From: a bacterium
Lineage (GTDB): Bacteria > Bdellovibrionota_G > JALEGL01
NCBI GenBank assembly: GCA_022763185.1
Contig: JALEGL010000006.1
Coordinates: 95,793-159,792 of the forward strand
Direction of reading: 5' to 3'
Length of the DNA stretch: 64,000 bases
Position numbers and translations under genes: made by a program. Below the pieces are notes generated by a model. The model saw only the letters and a list, made by a program, of their open reading frames with translations. It had not been told where the DNA came from and ran no database searches. This document shows positions 37,358 through 46,493 of the stretch, one piece after another. The stretch's first letter is position 1. Every line of letters starts with the position of its first letter.

Positions 37358-37684
37358 ATGTCGCGAAACATTAAAATTCATATTAAAAAGTTATGGATTC
37401 AGTTGAATATAAAACAGCGTTGGCTTAGTTATGCTTTGGGCTCTTATATCTTTGTTTTGTGTGTTGCGGCTTTTTTTGGTGATCAAGGTTTACTCAAAAG
37501 CTATCGTCTTTGGCAAAAAAAACAAATACTTGAGCAAGAGAACTACAAAATAGATGGTGAAATTAAAGATTTAAGTCAAAAAATTTATTATTTTAGAGAT
37601 GACCTGCGTACTATAGAAAAGTATGCTCGAGAAGAATTAAAATTAAGCGGTCATGATGAAGTGAGGTTTGTTTTTAAAAATTAA
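37358..37684 (+). CDS. ftsB: septum formation initiator (FtsB/DivIC family)
   Basis: 108 aa: an N-terminal TM, a coiled coil (LQKKQILEQENYKIDGEIKDL), and a C-terminal IEKYAREELKLSGHDE typical of FtsB. Confidence 0.65.
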   Translation: MSRNIKIHIKKLWIQLNIKQRWLSYALGSYIFVLCVAAFFGDQGLLKSYRLWQKKQILEQENYKIDGEIKDLSQKIYYFRDDLRTIEKYAREELKLSGHDEVRFVFKN

Positions 37685-37687
37685 ATA

Positions 37688-39196
37688 ATGGCTGAGCAAG
37701 GGTTAGAAAATCTAATTAAAATGGCGGTTGATGCCTGTAGTGCCAGAAGTGGTAGCTTTTTTGCTTACCAAAGTTTTGAAGATTGTTTCACCTTTTCATG
37801 TGGTTTTAGCTCAAGCCAGGTCTTAGATGAACGTCCACAAAAAAATAAAGGCATTTTTAAACTGGGACAACGAATTGATACACCTACCTGTATCACACAA
37901 ACCAGAGTCTTGTATGACAGTAGACTATATAAGCAGCCAATACCTCTAAGTTGTGTCTGGCTGGTACCCATCAAAAAAAAAGAAGTTTTTTTAGGAGTGG
38001 TACTTTTAGATTTTTCTGAAAAAAAAGATATTTTAGAAAAAGTAGAAAGCTTCTTGAACTTTCTTTCTCAACAAATTGTTTATGAGTTTGACTATTCAAA
38101 GGAAAAACAAAAATTTAAAAATTTTCAGAGAGAGCTTGCGCATTATGTTGAGGCAGGAGAGCGCTTGAATCGTTGTTTTCGTTTAGAGGAAGTGTATGCA
38201 AGTGCTATCAGTTCTATCCAGAGGATGAGTCAATGTGATGAAGCTTATGTTATTGCTTACAATGAACATGATAATCAGTGCTGTTTGGTCATGAGCTTGC
38301 AACAAAGGATCAAAGATCAGAGTTTTGATCTTGATTTTAGACAAAACTTGGTTTCTTGGGTGATAGAAAATCAAAAATCTTTATACTATGCAGATTACAA
38401 ACTGCGCAGTGGGCGTTCAGTACTATTTCCAAACACTATAGACTATTCTAATGATTATGAGTCTGTTTATATTGTACCTTTACAGGTTCAAAAACAAAAA
38501 ATTGGCGCAATAGTCATCATGCATAATAAAGCAGATGCCTTATCATTTGAACAAAGGCACATGTTGGAAGTTTTTTCTCAACACACTGCGGTAGCCATCA
38601 AAAATGCTAAAATGGTTGATCGCTTAGAAACTTTGGCCACCACAGACGGTTTAACAGGGATTTTAAATCACCGCTCTTTTCAGGATATTTTGGATGCTGA
38701 GTTATTGCGCTGTCAGCGGCACCCAGGAGATGTTAGTGTCGTTTTGCTGGATATTGATCATTTTAAACAGTTTAATGATCAATACGGGCATCCAGTAGGA
38801 GACGAAGTGCTTAAGTGCGTTGCCAAAAAGCTTAAGGAGTCCGTACGAAAAATTGATTATGTGTTTAGGTATGGTGGTGAAGAGTTTGCGTTAATTTTAC
38901 TCAATACCGCTTCTAAAGAAGCTCATATTTGGGCTGATAGAATCGTTAAAGATATTGCCAGTACTCAGTTTGATCTTAAAGGCTATCAATTGAGCATTAC
39001 AGTCTCCATGGGGATTGCAAGTTTTCCTCAAAGCGCACAAGACAAGGAAAAGCTAATTTCTCAAGCAGATCAAGCTCTGTATCAATCAAAAATGAATGGA
39101 CGTAACCAAGCGACTTTGTTCAGCCATGATATTGCTATTGAAAAAAATAAAGAAGAACAGCAAAGATCAGTTGACCTATTTTCTCAGTCGATTTAG
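37688..39196 (+). CDS. GAF-domain diguanylate cyclase (GGDEF)
   Basis: The C-terminal domain carries DGLTGILNHRSF, LDIDHFKQFND, and RKIDYVFRYGGEEF (an RxxD I-site 5 residues before GGEEF). The N-terminal ~320 aa is GAF-like. Confidence 0.85.
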   Translation: MAEQGLENLIKMAVDACSARSGSFFAYQSFEDCFTFSCGFSSSQVLDERPQKNKGIFKLGQRIDTPTCITQTRVLYDSRLYKQPIPLSCVWLVPIKKKEVFLGVVLLDFSEKKDILEKVESFLNFLSQQIVYEFDYSKEKQKFKNFQRELAHYVEAGERLNRCFRLEEVYASAISSIQRMSQCDEAYVIAYNEHDNQCCLVMSLQQRIKDQSFDLDFRQNLVSWVIENQKSLYYADYKLRSGRSVLFPNTIDYSNDYESVYIVPLQVQKQKIGAIVIMHNKADALSFEQRHMLEVFSQHTAVAIKNAKMVDRLETLATTDGLTGILNHRSFQDILDAELLRCQRHPGDVSVVLLDIDHFKQFNDQYGHPVGDEVLKCVAKKLKESVRKIDYVFRYGGEEFALILLNTASKEAHIWADRIVKDIASTQFDLKGYQLSITVSMGIASFPQSAQDKEKLISQADQALYQSKMNGRNQATLFSHDIAIEKNKEEQQRSVDLFSQSI

Positions 39197-39204
39197 CGTG
39201 AGAT

Positions 39205-40551
39205 GTGGATTTATTTGAATACGCTGAAAAAACCCAGCAGCAAAAACAAGAAAAAAAAATAGACCCAGAGTCTCGTAAAATTTATGGGGTAGGAGAGTTG
39301 ACCTCTGGTATCAAGCAGTTGTTAAAGCAATCCTACGGCATAAAAAAAATTTGGGTTAGAGGTGAAATTTCCAATTACAGGGGAAGACATCAATCAGGCC
39401 ACATGTATTTTAAGCTCAAAGATGAGCAAGCTGTTCTGACCTGTGTTTTTTTCCGCAGTGCCAATGCAAAGCTTAAATTTGAATTAAGTGAAGGCATGGA
39501 AATTATTGTTGGTGGAAGGATTGATCTTTGGGAAAAAGGCGGCAATTATCAATTCACCATAGAAGATGTGATGCCTGCCGGTGTGGGGGAACTTCATTTA
39601 CGTTTTGAACAACTGAAAAAAAAATTACAGCAAGAAGGTTTGTTTGATCAGAATAAAAAACAAACTTTGCCTCAAAGCGTAGAAAGTATTGGTGTAGTTA
39701 CCTCAGCTACAGGTGCAGTGATTCGTGATATCATTCATGTGGTTAGACATCGTTGCCCCTATGTTAAAATTTTATTGTACCCCGTTAGTGTTCAAGGTGA
39801 TAACGCTCAGCATGAGATTAGCCAAGCCATAGAATGGTTTAATACGGTGGCTCGTGATCAGACAGATGTTTTAATTGTAGGTCGCGGTGGGGGGTCTATG
39901 GAAGATCTTTGGGCCTTTAATGAAGAAAAAGTGGCCAGAGCTATCAGTGAATCTAAAATACCTATTATCTCTGCTGTTGGACACCAAACAGATTTTACAG
40001 TGGCAGACTTTGTTGCTGATCAAAGAGCTGCAACACCTTCTCAAGCAGCTGAGTTGGCAGTTCCAGATATGGTCAGTTTCTATGAAGAAGCGCAAGCCTT
40101 GATGCATGCCATGTTTGATTACATTGTATTGAAAAAAGAACATTTATCTCAGCGCCTAGAAAAACTATTAAAAGCCAGGGTGCTTCAAGATCCTTATGAA
40201 ATACTTGGGATGAAAGTGCAGCGATTGGACCTACTTAAAGACAAGTTGATGCAAATGGGCAAAGAAAATGTGTTGGTCAAAAAACGCTTGTTTGAACATT
40301 ATCCGATGAAATTAAAATTGTTGCTCGAACAGTGTGTGCAGCCTAAAAAAGCAAAGTTTGAGAATTTTGCTGGCCAATTGTCGGCTTTAAACCCTCTGGC
40401 TATTTTAGAAAGAGGTTACAGTGTGGTTAAAGATCAAAAAGGTAAAATCATAAGTAAAACGCAAAACTTAAAAAAAGAGGATATTTTACAGATCCATATG
40501 TTTAAAGGAGAGTTTGAGTGTCAAGTCACAAAAATCAAAAGCAACAATTAG
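39205..40551 (+). CDS. xseA: exodeoxyribonuclease VII large subunit
   Basis: OB-fold N-terminus (IWVRGEISNY...SGHMYFKLKD), then VVTSATGAVIRDI and GRGGGSMEDLWAFNEE. GTG start. Confidence 0.9.
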   Translation: MDLFEYAEKTQQQKQEKKIDPESRKIYGVGELTSGIKQLLKQSYGIKKIWVRGEISNYRGRHQSGHMYFKLKDEQAVLTCVFFRSANAKLKFELSEGMEIIVGGRIDLWEKGGNYQFTIEDVMPAGVGELHLRFEQLKKKLQQEGLFDQNKKQTLPQSVESIGVVTSATGAVIRDIIHVVRHRCPYVKILLYPVSVQGDNAQHEISQAIEWFNTVARDQTDVLIVGRGGGSMEDLWAFNEEKVARAISESKIPIISAVGHQTDFTVADFVADQRAATPSQAAELAVPDMVSFYEEAQALMHAMFDYIVLKKEHLSQRLEKLLKARVLQDPYEILGMKVQRLDLLKDKLMQMGKENVLVKKRLFEHYPMKLKLLLEQCVQPKKAKFENFAGQLSALNPLAILERGYSVVKDQKGKIISKTQNLKKEDILQIHMFKGEFECQVTKIKSNN

Positions 40552-40772
40552 AACAATTGACCCAACTTTACCAAGAGATTAGGAAACAGTCGGAAAATGT
40601 ATTTGAAATGCTGAATTTATTGGCAAAAGCTAAGGATGTTTATAAAGATTTGTTGACCAGTAAGAGCAAGAAGAACTTTTCCGTTTATAGGGTAGATGCA
40701 AACATCACTAATTTAAGTGATGACAACTTAAAGTCTTTGGCGTTTGATTGGCAGAAATTTTATCAAGAGTAG
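40518..40772 (+). CDS. possible exodeoxyribonuclease VII small subunit (divergent)
   Basis: Position directly after, and overlapping, xseA; small helical protein. The XseB consensus is only weakly visible. The track start overlaps the xseA 3' end by 34 nt. Confidence 0.35.
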   Translation: MSSHKNQKQQLEQLTQLYQEIRKQSENVFEMLNLLAKAKDVYKDLLTSKSKKNFSVYRVDANITNLSDDNLKSLAFDWQKFYQE

Positions 40773-40775
40773 GCA

Positions 40776-41657
40776 ATGAATTTTTTAGTTTTATCAAGAA
40801 ATAAGTTTAATTATTCAAACAAGCGTTTTCATGAAGAGGCCAAAAAGCTGGATATTAAATTACAAGTTTGTGATCCAGCTGAGTTTGATATGGTCTTGGG
40901 TAAGCAATCTCCTAATATTATTCGCCAGGGAAGAAATTTTCACCCTGTCGACTGTGTTATTCCGCGTTTAGGTGCGTCTATCACCAACTATGGTTTATCT
41001 GTAGTCTCTCAATTTGAAATGATGCAAGTACCGGTCTTAAATAGCTACTCTGCTATTTCAACTACCAAAAATAAATTGAGTTGTATTCAGCGTTTAAGCC
41101 AAAAGGACATTGACATTCCTAAAACGGTGATTATTAGAAAACCTAGTGAATTGTCATCAGCAGTTAAAACAGTGGGTGGCTTTCCAGTAATTTTGAAGTT
41201 ACTCAGTGGTACACAAGGTATTGGTGTTATGCTGGTTGAAAACATTGCAAACATGCAAGCAACCTTGGATACCTTGTGGAGCCTTGGACAAGATATTTTA
41301 ATACAAGAGTGTATTAAGGAATCTTTAGGCAAGGATCTACGTGTCGTCGTGGTTGGAGGTAAAGTGATTGCAAGTATGCGCCGACAAGCACGCATTGGTG
41401 ATTTTAGGTCAAACTTTCATCGGGGTGGCCTGACAACAAAAATTGACTTGCCTGAAAGTATTAAAAAAATTGCCATTGAAGCCAGTGAAACTGTTAACTT
41501 AGAGGTTGCTGGTGTGGATATCTTGGAATCCGAACAAGGTCCAAGAGTGATAGAAGTGAACTCTTCTCCTGGTTTAGAAGGGATAGAAGGTTGCACAGGT
41601 GTTAATATTGCAAAAATAATTTTGGAACACGCAATGAAATACAGTGAAAAAAAATAA
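40776..41657 (+). CDS. rimK: RimK-family ATP-grasp alpha-L-glutamate ligase
   Basis: ATP-grasp pattern (PVILKLLSGTQGIGVMLVE, DLRVVVVGGKVIASMRR, FRSNFHRGG, GVDILESEQGPRVIEVNSSPGLEGIE) characteristic of RimK. Confidence 0.8.
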   Translation: MNFLVLSRNKFNYSNKRFHEEAKKLDIKLQVCDPAEFDMVLGKQSPNIIRQGRNFHPVDCVIPRLGASITNYGLSVVSQFEMMQVPVLNSYSAISTTKNKLSCIQRLSQKDIDIPKTVIIRKPSELSSAVKTVGGFPVILKLLSGTQGIGVMLVENIANMQATLDTLWSLGQDILIQECIKESLGKDLRVVVVGGKVIASMRRQARIGDFRSNFHRGGLTTKIDLPESIKKIAIEASETVNLEVAGVDILESEQGPRVIEVNSSPGLEGIEGCTGVNIAKIILEHAMKYSEKK

Positions 41658-41678
41658 AGAGTGGTGTGAGTATTGGTT

Positions 41679-42578
41679 ATGGCAGAAAGTTTTTATGATA
41701 TTTTAGGTGTAAGTAAAAACGCATCGGCACAAGAAATAAAAAAAGCGTATCGAGCATTGGCTAAAAAATATCACCCAGATGTCAATCAAGGTGATAAAGC
41801 TGCTGAAGATAAATTTAAGCAGGTCACCGAAGCTTATGCAGTTCTCAGTGATGAGAAAAAACGCCAGCAATATGATGCCGTTGGGCACAATCAATTCAAC
41901 TCTAATTTTGATTTTTCAGATTTTTTCCGTCAAGCCGGTGCAGGCGGTGGTGGATTTTCATCCGCTGGCGGCCCTGGAGGGCAGAGCTTCCGTTTTGATA
42001 TGGGAGGCCTGGAAGATATTTTTGAACCTTTATTTGGTAGAGGCTTTGGTCAACAACGTCAAGCATACCGAGGCGCTAGTCAGCAACAGCAAAGCATGCC
42101 CGTCTATAAACTGGATATTGATTTTTTAACGGCTGTTAAAGGTGGTGAAGTTGACGTTAAGATTGGTAACAGTCAAAAAAAAATCAACATTCCTAAAGGC
42201 ATAAAAAATAAACAAAAGATTAGACTGGCCAAAGCCGTCAATCAACAGGATGCTGTAATTGAAATCAGTATTTTGCCCAGCTCTGTTTTTGAGCGCAAAA
42301 ATGATACAATTTACGTTAAGGCTAAAGTGAATGTTTTTCAAGCAATCATGGGAAGCGTTATTGATGTAACCACCATTGATGGCAGCAGTAAAATGACTTT
42401 GCCGCCTGGAACATCAGGTGGAACCAAAATGCGCATGAAAGGTAAAGGCGTCTATAAAAACAATGGCGAACGCGGCGATCAGATTGTAGAAATTGTCATT
42501 GAAGTTCCAAAAAAGATTGATGAACAATCAAAACAGCTCATTGAGCAGTTCGCTAAAAGAAATAATCTCAAGCCGTAA
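41679..42578 (+). CDS. J-domain co-chaperone, CbpA-like (no zinc-finger domain)
   Basis: J-domain FYDILGV...[16 protein letters not shown], a G/F-rich region, and a DnaJ C-terminal substrate-binding domain. The CxxCxGxG repeats are missing. Confidence 0.8.
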   Translation: MAESFYDILGVSKNASAQEIKKAYRALAKKYHPDVNQGDKAAEDKFKQVTEAYAVLSDEKKRQQYDAVGHNQFNSNFDFSDFFRQAGAGGGGFSSAGGPGGQSFRFDMGGLEDIFEPLFGRGFGQQRQAYRGASQQQQSMPVYKLDIDFLTAVKGGEVDVKIGNSQKKINIPKGIKNKQKIRLAKAVNQQDAVIEISILPSSVFERKNDTIYVKAKVNVFQAIMGSVIDVTTIDGSSKMTLPPGTSGGTKMRMKGKGVYKNNGERGDQIVEIVIEVPKKIDEQSKQLIEQFAKRNNLKP

Positions 42579-42589
42579 AGAAGTGGGCC

Positions 42590-42883
42590 ATGACAGATAA
42601 AAAGAAGAGAGTCTTAAACAAAATAAAACAAAGCTCTTTTATGCAAAGTTTTGTCAAAGATATTCACTTGCTTAAACAGATGGTAGGCCTTGTTTTCAAA
42701 GGTAAAATCAAGGTGTTTAGTGGAAAAACATACTTAAAACTTATTCTGGCCATTGGCTATTTTATATTGCCTACCGATATACTCCCTGATTTTATTCCTG
42801 TTTTGGGTCAAATTGATGATTTAACAGTATTCTTGTGGTTTCTTAGAAGTCTAAAAGTAGATATTAAAAACTTTAAAAGCTAG
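42590..42883 (+). CDS. YkvA/DUF1232 family membrane protein
   Basis: Signature DILPDFIPVLGQIDDLTV. Confidence 0.65.
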   Translation: MTDKKKRVLNKIKQSSFMQSFVKDIHLLKQMVGLVFKGKIKVFSGKTYLKLILAIGYFILPTDILPDFIPVLGQIDDLTVFLWFLRSLKVDIKNFKS

Positions 42884-42987
42884 AGCAAAAATCTGTTATT
42901 TTTTTGCAATTGGTCAAAATAGATCAACGAACTAAATTGTTTGGGACAAAATAGAGTAATAAGACTAAAAGGCTTTTACTGCTACTG

Positions 42988-44373
42988 CTATATAATTTTT
43001 GCGGCAATATTGTTGCCTTGTGGCAATGGGGCAAGGTGAAAGCCTGCTTTTTTGCAGGTGTTGTAAGCAATTCTTATCGCATTATTGACACTGCGTTCAT
43101 CAGGATAAACGTGTGGCATCATGGCCAGATGAAAATTTTTCAGCTTGCTCTGACAGTTTTGTAGTTTTTGATCGAAATTTAATGGAAAAACTGGCGCAGC
43201 TGTTGAGCTATGAAAAAGAAAAGTTTCACTTAAATTTTTATTAAAATTATAATCAGGAAACTTTTTCTTTAAATGTTGCATAAAAACCTGCTTCACTTGA
43301 TCTTCACGCATCATGACCAATGGGTCGGTTTTTAAACTGTATTTGGTTAAATAAACAATATGGTCATTGTTATAGTGATGTTTGGGAATGAGCTTTGTAT
43401 GTTCAATAATACCAACAAAGGGAGACTCTTTGTCAGTGATGTTGAGCCAATACACAGGAGATAAAGATTTTTTTAAAATCAAGACCATGCAGTGTGCATG
43501 ATAATAGTCTATGCTTTGAAGGTTTTGGCTTAATTGTGGATCAGCATTTTTTAAAATATTGGCTGATACATGTGTGGGAGTTGTTAAAATAAGATAAGGG
43601 TGATCAAAACTGAAGCCGGTTTGTGTTTTGATGTTATGGATAACATTGTCTTGCGTTACGATAGATTCAATTTGATCCTCATAAATAATGTGAACATTGT
43701 TTTGTTGTAAATTTTCAATTAATGCCACAATAAACACTTCTAAGCTTCCAACAATATAGGATAAATGTTCAGCACCGGACTGTTTTCTGCTGCTCATGCG
43801 TTGTTTGAGCCGACCAATAAACCACGATAGAGGAATAGTCTTATAAATATCAGAAAACTTTCCTTGCATCATCGGTTGCCAAATGATTTCTGTGGCTTGT
43901 TTGCCAAGATATTTTAAAAACCAATCGTAGGCAGGAACATTATGGTAGTTTTGCCAATTAAGAAATTTACCAAGAACGAGAGAGCAAAGACCAAAGCGAA
44001 TACGGTTAAAGAAAGAAAGGGGTTTGAAATTGATAAGATCTTTGGCAGTTGTAAAAGGAAAAATATTCCCTTGATGTTCTAAGCCAACACTACTTTGAAA
44101 AGACTGAAATTTTTGCTCAAGGTCAAGATAGTTGATTAAGTGTTTTAGCTCCGCATCTTCATTAAAAAAATGGTGGTAGAATTTTTCAAGTTTATAGCCA
44201 TCATGTTCAAAGCATGAGAGTAGCCCCCCAGCTTGTGATGACTTTTCAATAATATATACCGGTCTATGACTTGATTTTAAAAAATAGGCACTGGCCAAAC
44301 CTGTAATACCAGCGCCAACAATAACAATGGGCTCAGAAATTTTTTTATTGGCGATCGTCGTCATACAAAGCAT
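42988..44373 (-). CDS. FAD/NAD(P)-dependent oxidoreductase (amine oxidase/desaturase superfamily)
   Basis: N-terminal dinucleotide fold IVIVGAGITGLASAYFL...IIEKSSQAGG; ~460 aa. The substrate is not inferable. Confidence 0.7.
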   Translation of the reverse strand: MLCMTTIANKKISEPIVIVGAGITGLASAYFLKSSHRPVYIIEKSSQAGGLLSCFEHDGYKLEKFYHHFFNEDAELKHLINYLDLEQKFQSFQSSVGLEHQGNIFPFTTAKDLINFKPLSFFNRIRFGLCSLVLGKFLNWQNYHNVPAYDWFLKYLGKQATEIIWQPMMQGKFSDIYKTIPLSWFIGRLKQRMSSRKQSGAEHLSYIVGSLEVFIVALIENLQQNNVHIIYEDQIESIVTQDNVIHNIKTQTGFSFDHPYLILTTPTHVSANILKNADPQLSQNLQSIDYYHAHCMVLILKKSLSPVYWLNITDKESPFVGIIEHTKLIPKHHYNNDHIVYLTKYSLKTDPLVMMREDQVKQVFMQHLKKKFPDYNFNKNLSETFLFHSSTAAPVFPLNFDQKLQNCQSKLKNFHLAMMPHVYPDERSVNNAIRIAYNTCKKAGFHLAPLPQGNNIAAKII

Positions 44374-44432
44374 TGACTATACAATCTTTAGCCTACGAAA
44401 ACTATTTTTTAAAGTTTATTATCTTACAAGTC

Positions 44433-45581
44433 TTAAGCTGCATGAGATAAACGTATTGATTTTCGTTGTATAATAAGCATGCTTAATACGGTTAAAAGTA
44501 ACATAATCAAGGAAGGAGAGCTGTTGGATTGGCAAGCTTTTTTATCTGCAAGAGGATCTGTGGTGTTACTGTATTCTTCAGCGGCAGCATAAGGTGATTC
44601 AATCACAATTGCATCTGAAACGATGGCTAAATCATTATCTTGATAGCTGTTGGCAACCCTTAAATCATAAGTTCCACTGGGCATGCCTAAAAAATTAAAC
44701 TCAACCAACATACTGTCACTGTCTTGACTAACGATTTTTGCTTGCAAGTCATCATTGTAAATCCCCACCTTTAAAGAAACCAATGTGGTGTTTCTAAAAT
44801 TACTGCCTTCAATATTGACCTGATAAATATACTGGTTACTTAAGTTAAAGCTTTTTTGTGAAATGTGATCAACAGAAGGTTTGGGTAAGCTTTGGTTATT
44901 GTAAGCATGTTGAGCTGCAGCAATATCTAAGGCTTCCAAATCCCGCCTAAATGTTTCTCCAGGTCCAGAAGCGTAAAACATGGTCGCCAAATAATGCGCA
45001 GTTGATTTTTCTGAAAAATTTTCTGAACTATGATCTATGCCAATTCCATGTCCAATTTCATGGGTAAAGATGTTTTGAATATCCATGATGTTGCCAGCAT
45101 TTCTTTCAGTGGCACTGTTGATGACACCCCATTCAAAATACTGACCATTGGCATAAATATCCATATCCAAAATTTCATTGTTGGATGTTTTAAAGGTTTG
45201 TACGGTGACAGCAATAACTCTTGAACTGGGTGCAAAAGATTGACTGGTCCAGTTGCTTTCTACCCATTTAATAGAGTTTTCATTGTTGTATCCGGTTCTG
45301 CTGATGGTTTTTGAACTTTGCTCATTAAACTTTAAATTGATATGGTCAATATTTTCCCAGCTTTGAAAAGCTTTGTTGATGGCTTGGCGTTCGCTTTCAC
45401 AGGGTCCATGGCTATCACAGCCACCGCTAAAGTTGTCACTGCCTCTAGAATCAATCACGTAATCTACAACGCTGTTATGCCAACGGGCAACACTACCATT
45501 GAAAGAAATCATTTTAAATGCAAAAGCCCAGGGGCTGCTTAAAATAATGCTTATGATGAGGTAAAGTTGCGTATTGGGCAT
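44433..45581 (-). CDS. secreted zinc metalloprotease (metzincin, matrixin-like) with a C-terminal Cys-plus-TM-plus-basic tail
   Basis: HEIGHGIGIDHS matches HExxHxxGxxH. Signal-like LYLIISIILSSPWAFA. A beta-rich domain follows the catalytic domain. The C-terminus is KKACQSNSSPSLIMLLLTVLSMLIIQRKSIR. I moved the start to ATG 45581, 4 nt after the upstream gene's stop. Confidence 0.7.
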   Translation of the reverse strand: MPNTQLYLIISIILSSPWAFAFKMISFNGSVARWHNSVVDYVIDSRGSDNFSGGCDSHGPCESERQAINKAFQSWENIDHINLKFNEQSSKTISRTGYNNENSIKWVESNWTSQSFAPSSRVIAVTVQTFKTSNNEILDMDIYANGQYFEWGVINSATERNAGNIMDIQNIFTHEIGHGIGIDHSSENFSEKSTAHYLATMFYASGPGETFRRDLEALDIAAAQHAYNNQSLPKPSVDHISQKSFNLSNQYIYQVNIEGSNFRNTTLVSLKVGIYNDDLQAKIVSQDSDSMLVEFNFLGMPSGTYDLRVANSYQDNDLAIVSDAIVIESPYAAAEEYSNTTDPLADKKACQSNSSPSLIMLLLTVLSMLIIQRKSIRLSHAA

Positions 45582-45585
45582 GAGG

Positions 45586-46191
45586 CTAGTGAACCTCCTT
45601 TTCCATGGCTTCTTGAATATGGTGAACCATCTCTGATAGTTCCATGCTGTCATTCTCTACAGTTACAGCGTGTTCATGTTGATGTGTGTGGGCTTTGTGT
45701 AAGCCTTGAATTTGTTGGACAGCTTTATTTTGGACAAACTCCAATGATTTTGGCAGATGTCTTGAAACCATTTTTTTTCCAGACTGGGGGTCGGTGCTAA
45801 CAATGTACTTTCCCTGCGCCATGCCAACAACAGTAGGTGCGCCTTGATGGTTGCGTAAAAAAACCATGGTTTCTTCACCTTTTTTAAAGTGTGCTACGCC
45901 ATGAACGCGCATTTGTACACCATTGGATTCTCCTCCAGGAATTTTCATAAGAACTTCTTTGGCGGGTTCACCTTTTACGGTCTGAGAGACGTTAAGTTTA
46001 ACATAAGTGTAGATCATTTTATTTTCCGGATCCCAACTAGAGTAGGTGCGAGTAACTTTACCGACGCGGACAGCTTCTGACATATTCGTCATTTGAGCAG
46101 TGTCTAAAAATTCGACCAACGAGGCTAAGGCAGAGGGGACATTAAAAAGAATAAGAGCAGCAGCGATGAGGATTTTTGATATATTTTGCAA
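45586..46191 (-). CDS. secreted protein of unknown function with a His-rich C-terminal region; co-oriented with and abutting the metzincin
   Basis: Signal peptide MQNISKILIAAALILFNVPSALA. C-terminal GLHKAHTHQHEHAVTVEND...HHIQEA. AGGAGG-like RBS (AAGGAGGAAAT upstream of the ATG). Confidence 0.55.
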   Translation of the reverse strand: MQNISKILIAAALILFNVPSALASLVEFLDTAQMTNMSEAVRVGKVTRTYSSWDPENKMIYTYVKLNVSQTVKGEPAKEVLMKIPGGESNGVQMRVHGVAHFKKGEETMVFLRNHQGAPTVVGMAQGKYIVSTDPQSGKKMVSRHLPKSLEFVQNKAVQQIQGLHKAHTHQHEHAVTVENDSMELSEMVHHIQEAMEKEVH

Positions 46192-46493
46192 ATTTCCTCC
46201 TTTTCTAACTATTTTAAATTAAAGAATTTTATTTAAAATAATCATTTTTTGTAACTTCTATACTTTAACTATATGCGTAAAAAAAGTGAAAATCAAGATA
46301 AAAGTAAAAAAAGTTTCCAAAAATAACAAAAGTTTACATTTTTAATGTTTTGTTTTGAGTTGGTGATATGTATAGGCTGTGCTATAGGCAAAATACAGTT
46401 GATTGCTTTTTAAATTTTTTTGTATCAAAAGCATGTATGGCCAGCAGTTTATTTACAACTATTGGAAGATTAAACGTTTTTTAAAGAAAGAGT

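Noticed and set aside
36009-39196. Patatin phospholipase near a GGDEF cyclase, considered as a possible cyclic-nucleotide-activated (CBASS-like) defence pair.
   Set aside because: The genes are on opposite strands and separated by ftsB. The cyclase is a standard GAF-GGDEF protein with an I-site, not a CD-NTase. The patatin has no recognisable nucleotide-sensing domain. It looks like ordinary chromosomal context.
46192-46493. A 300-bp AT-rich spacer upstream of gltX, checked for a T-box leader or other riboswitch.
   Set aside because: I could find no T-box consensus (…GGTGGTACCGCG-like) and no extended conserved-looking helices, only AT-rich sequence consistent with two divergent promoters.
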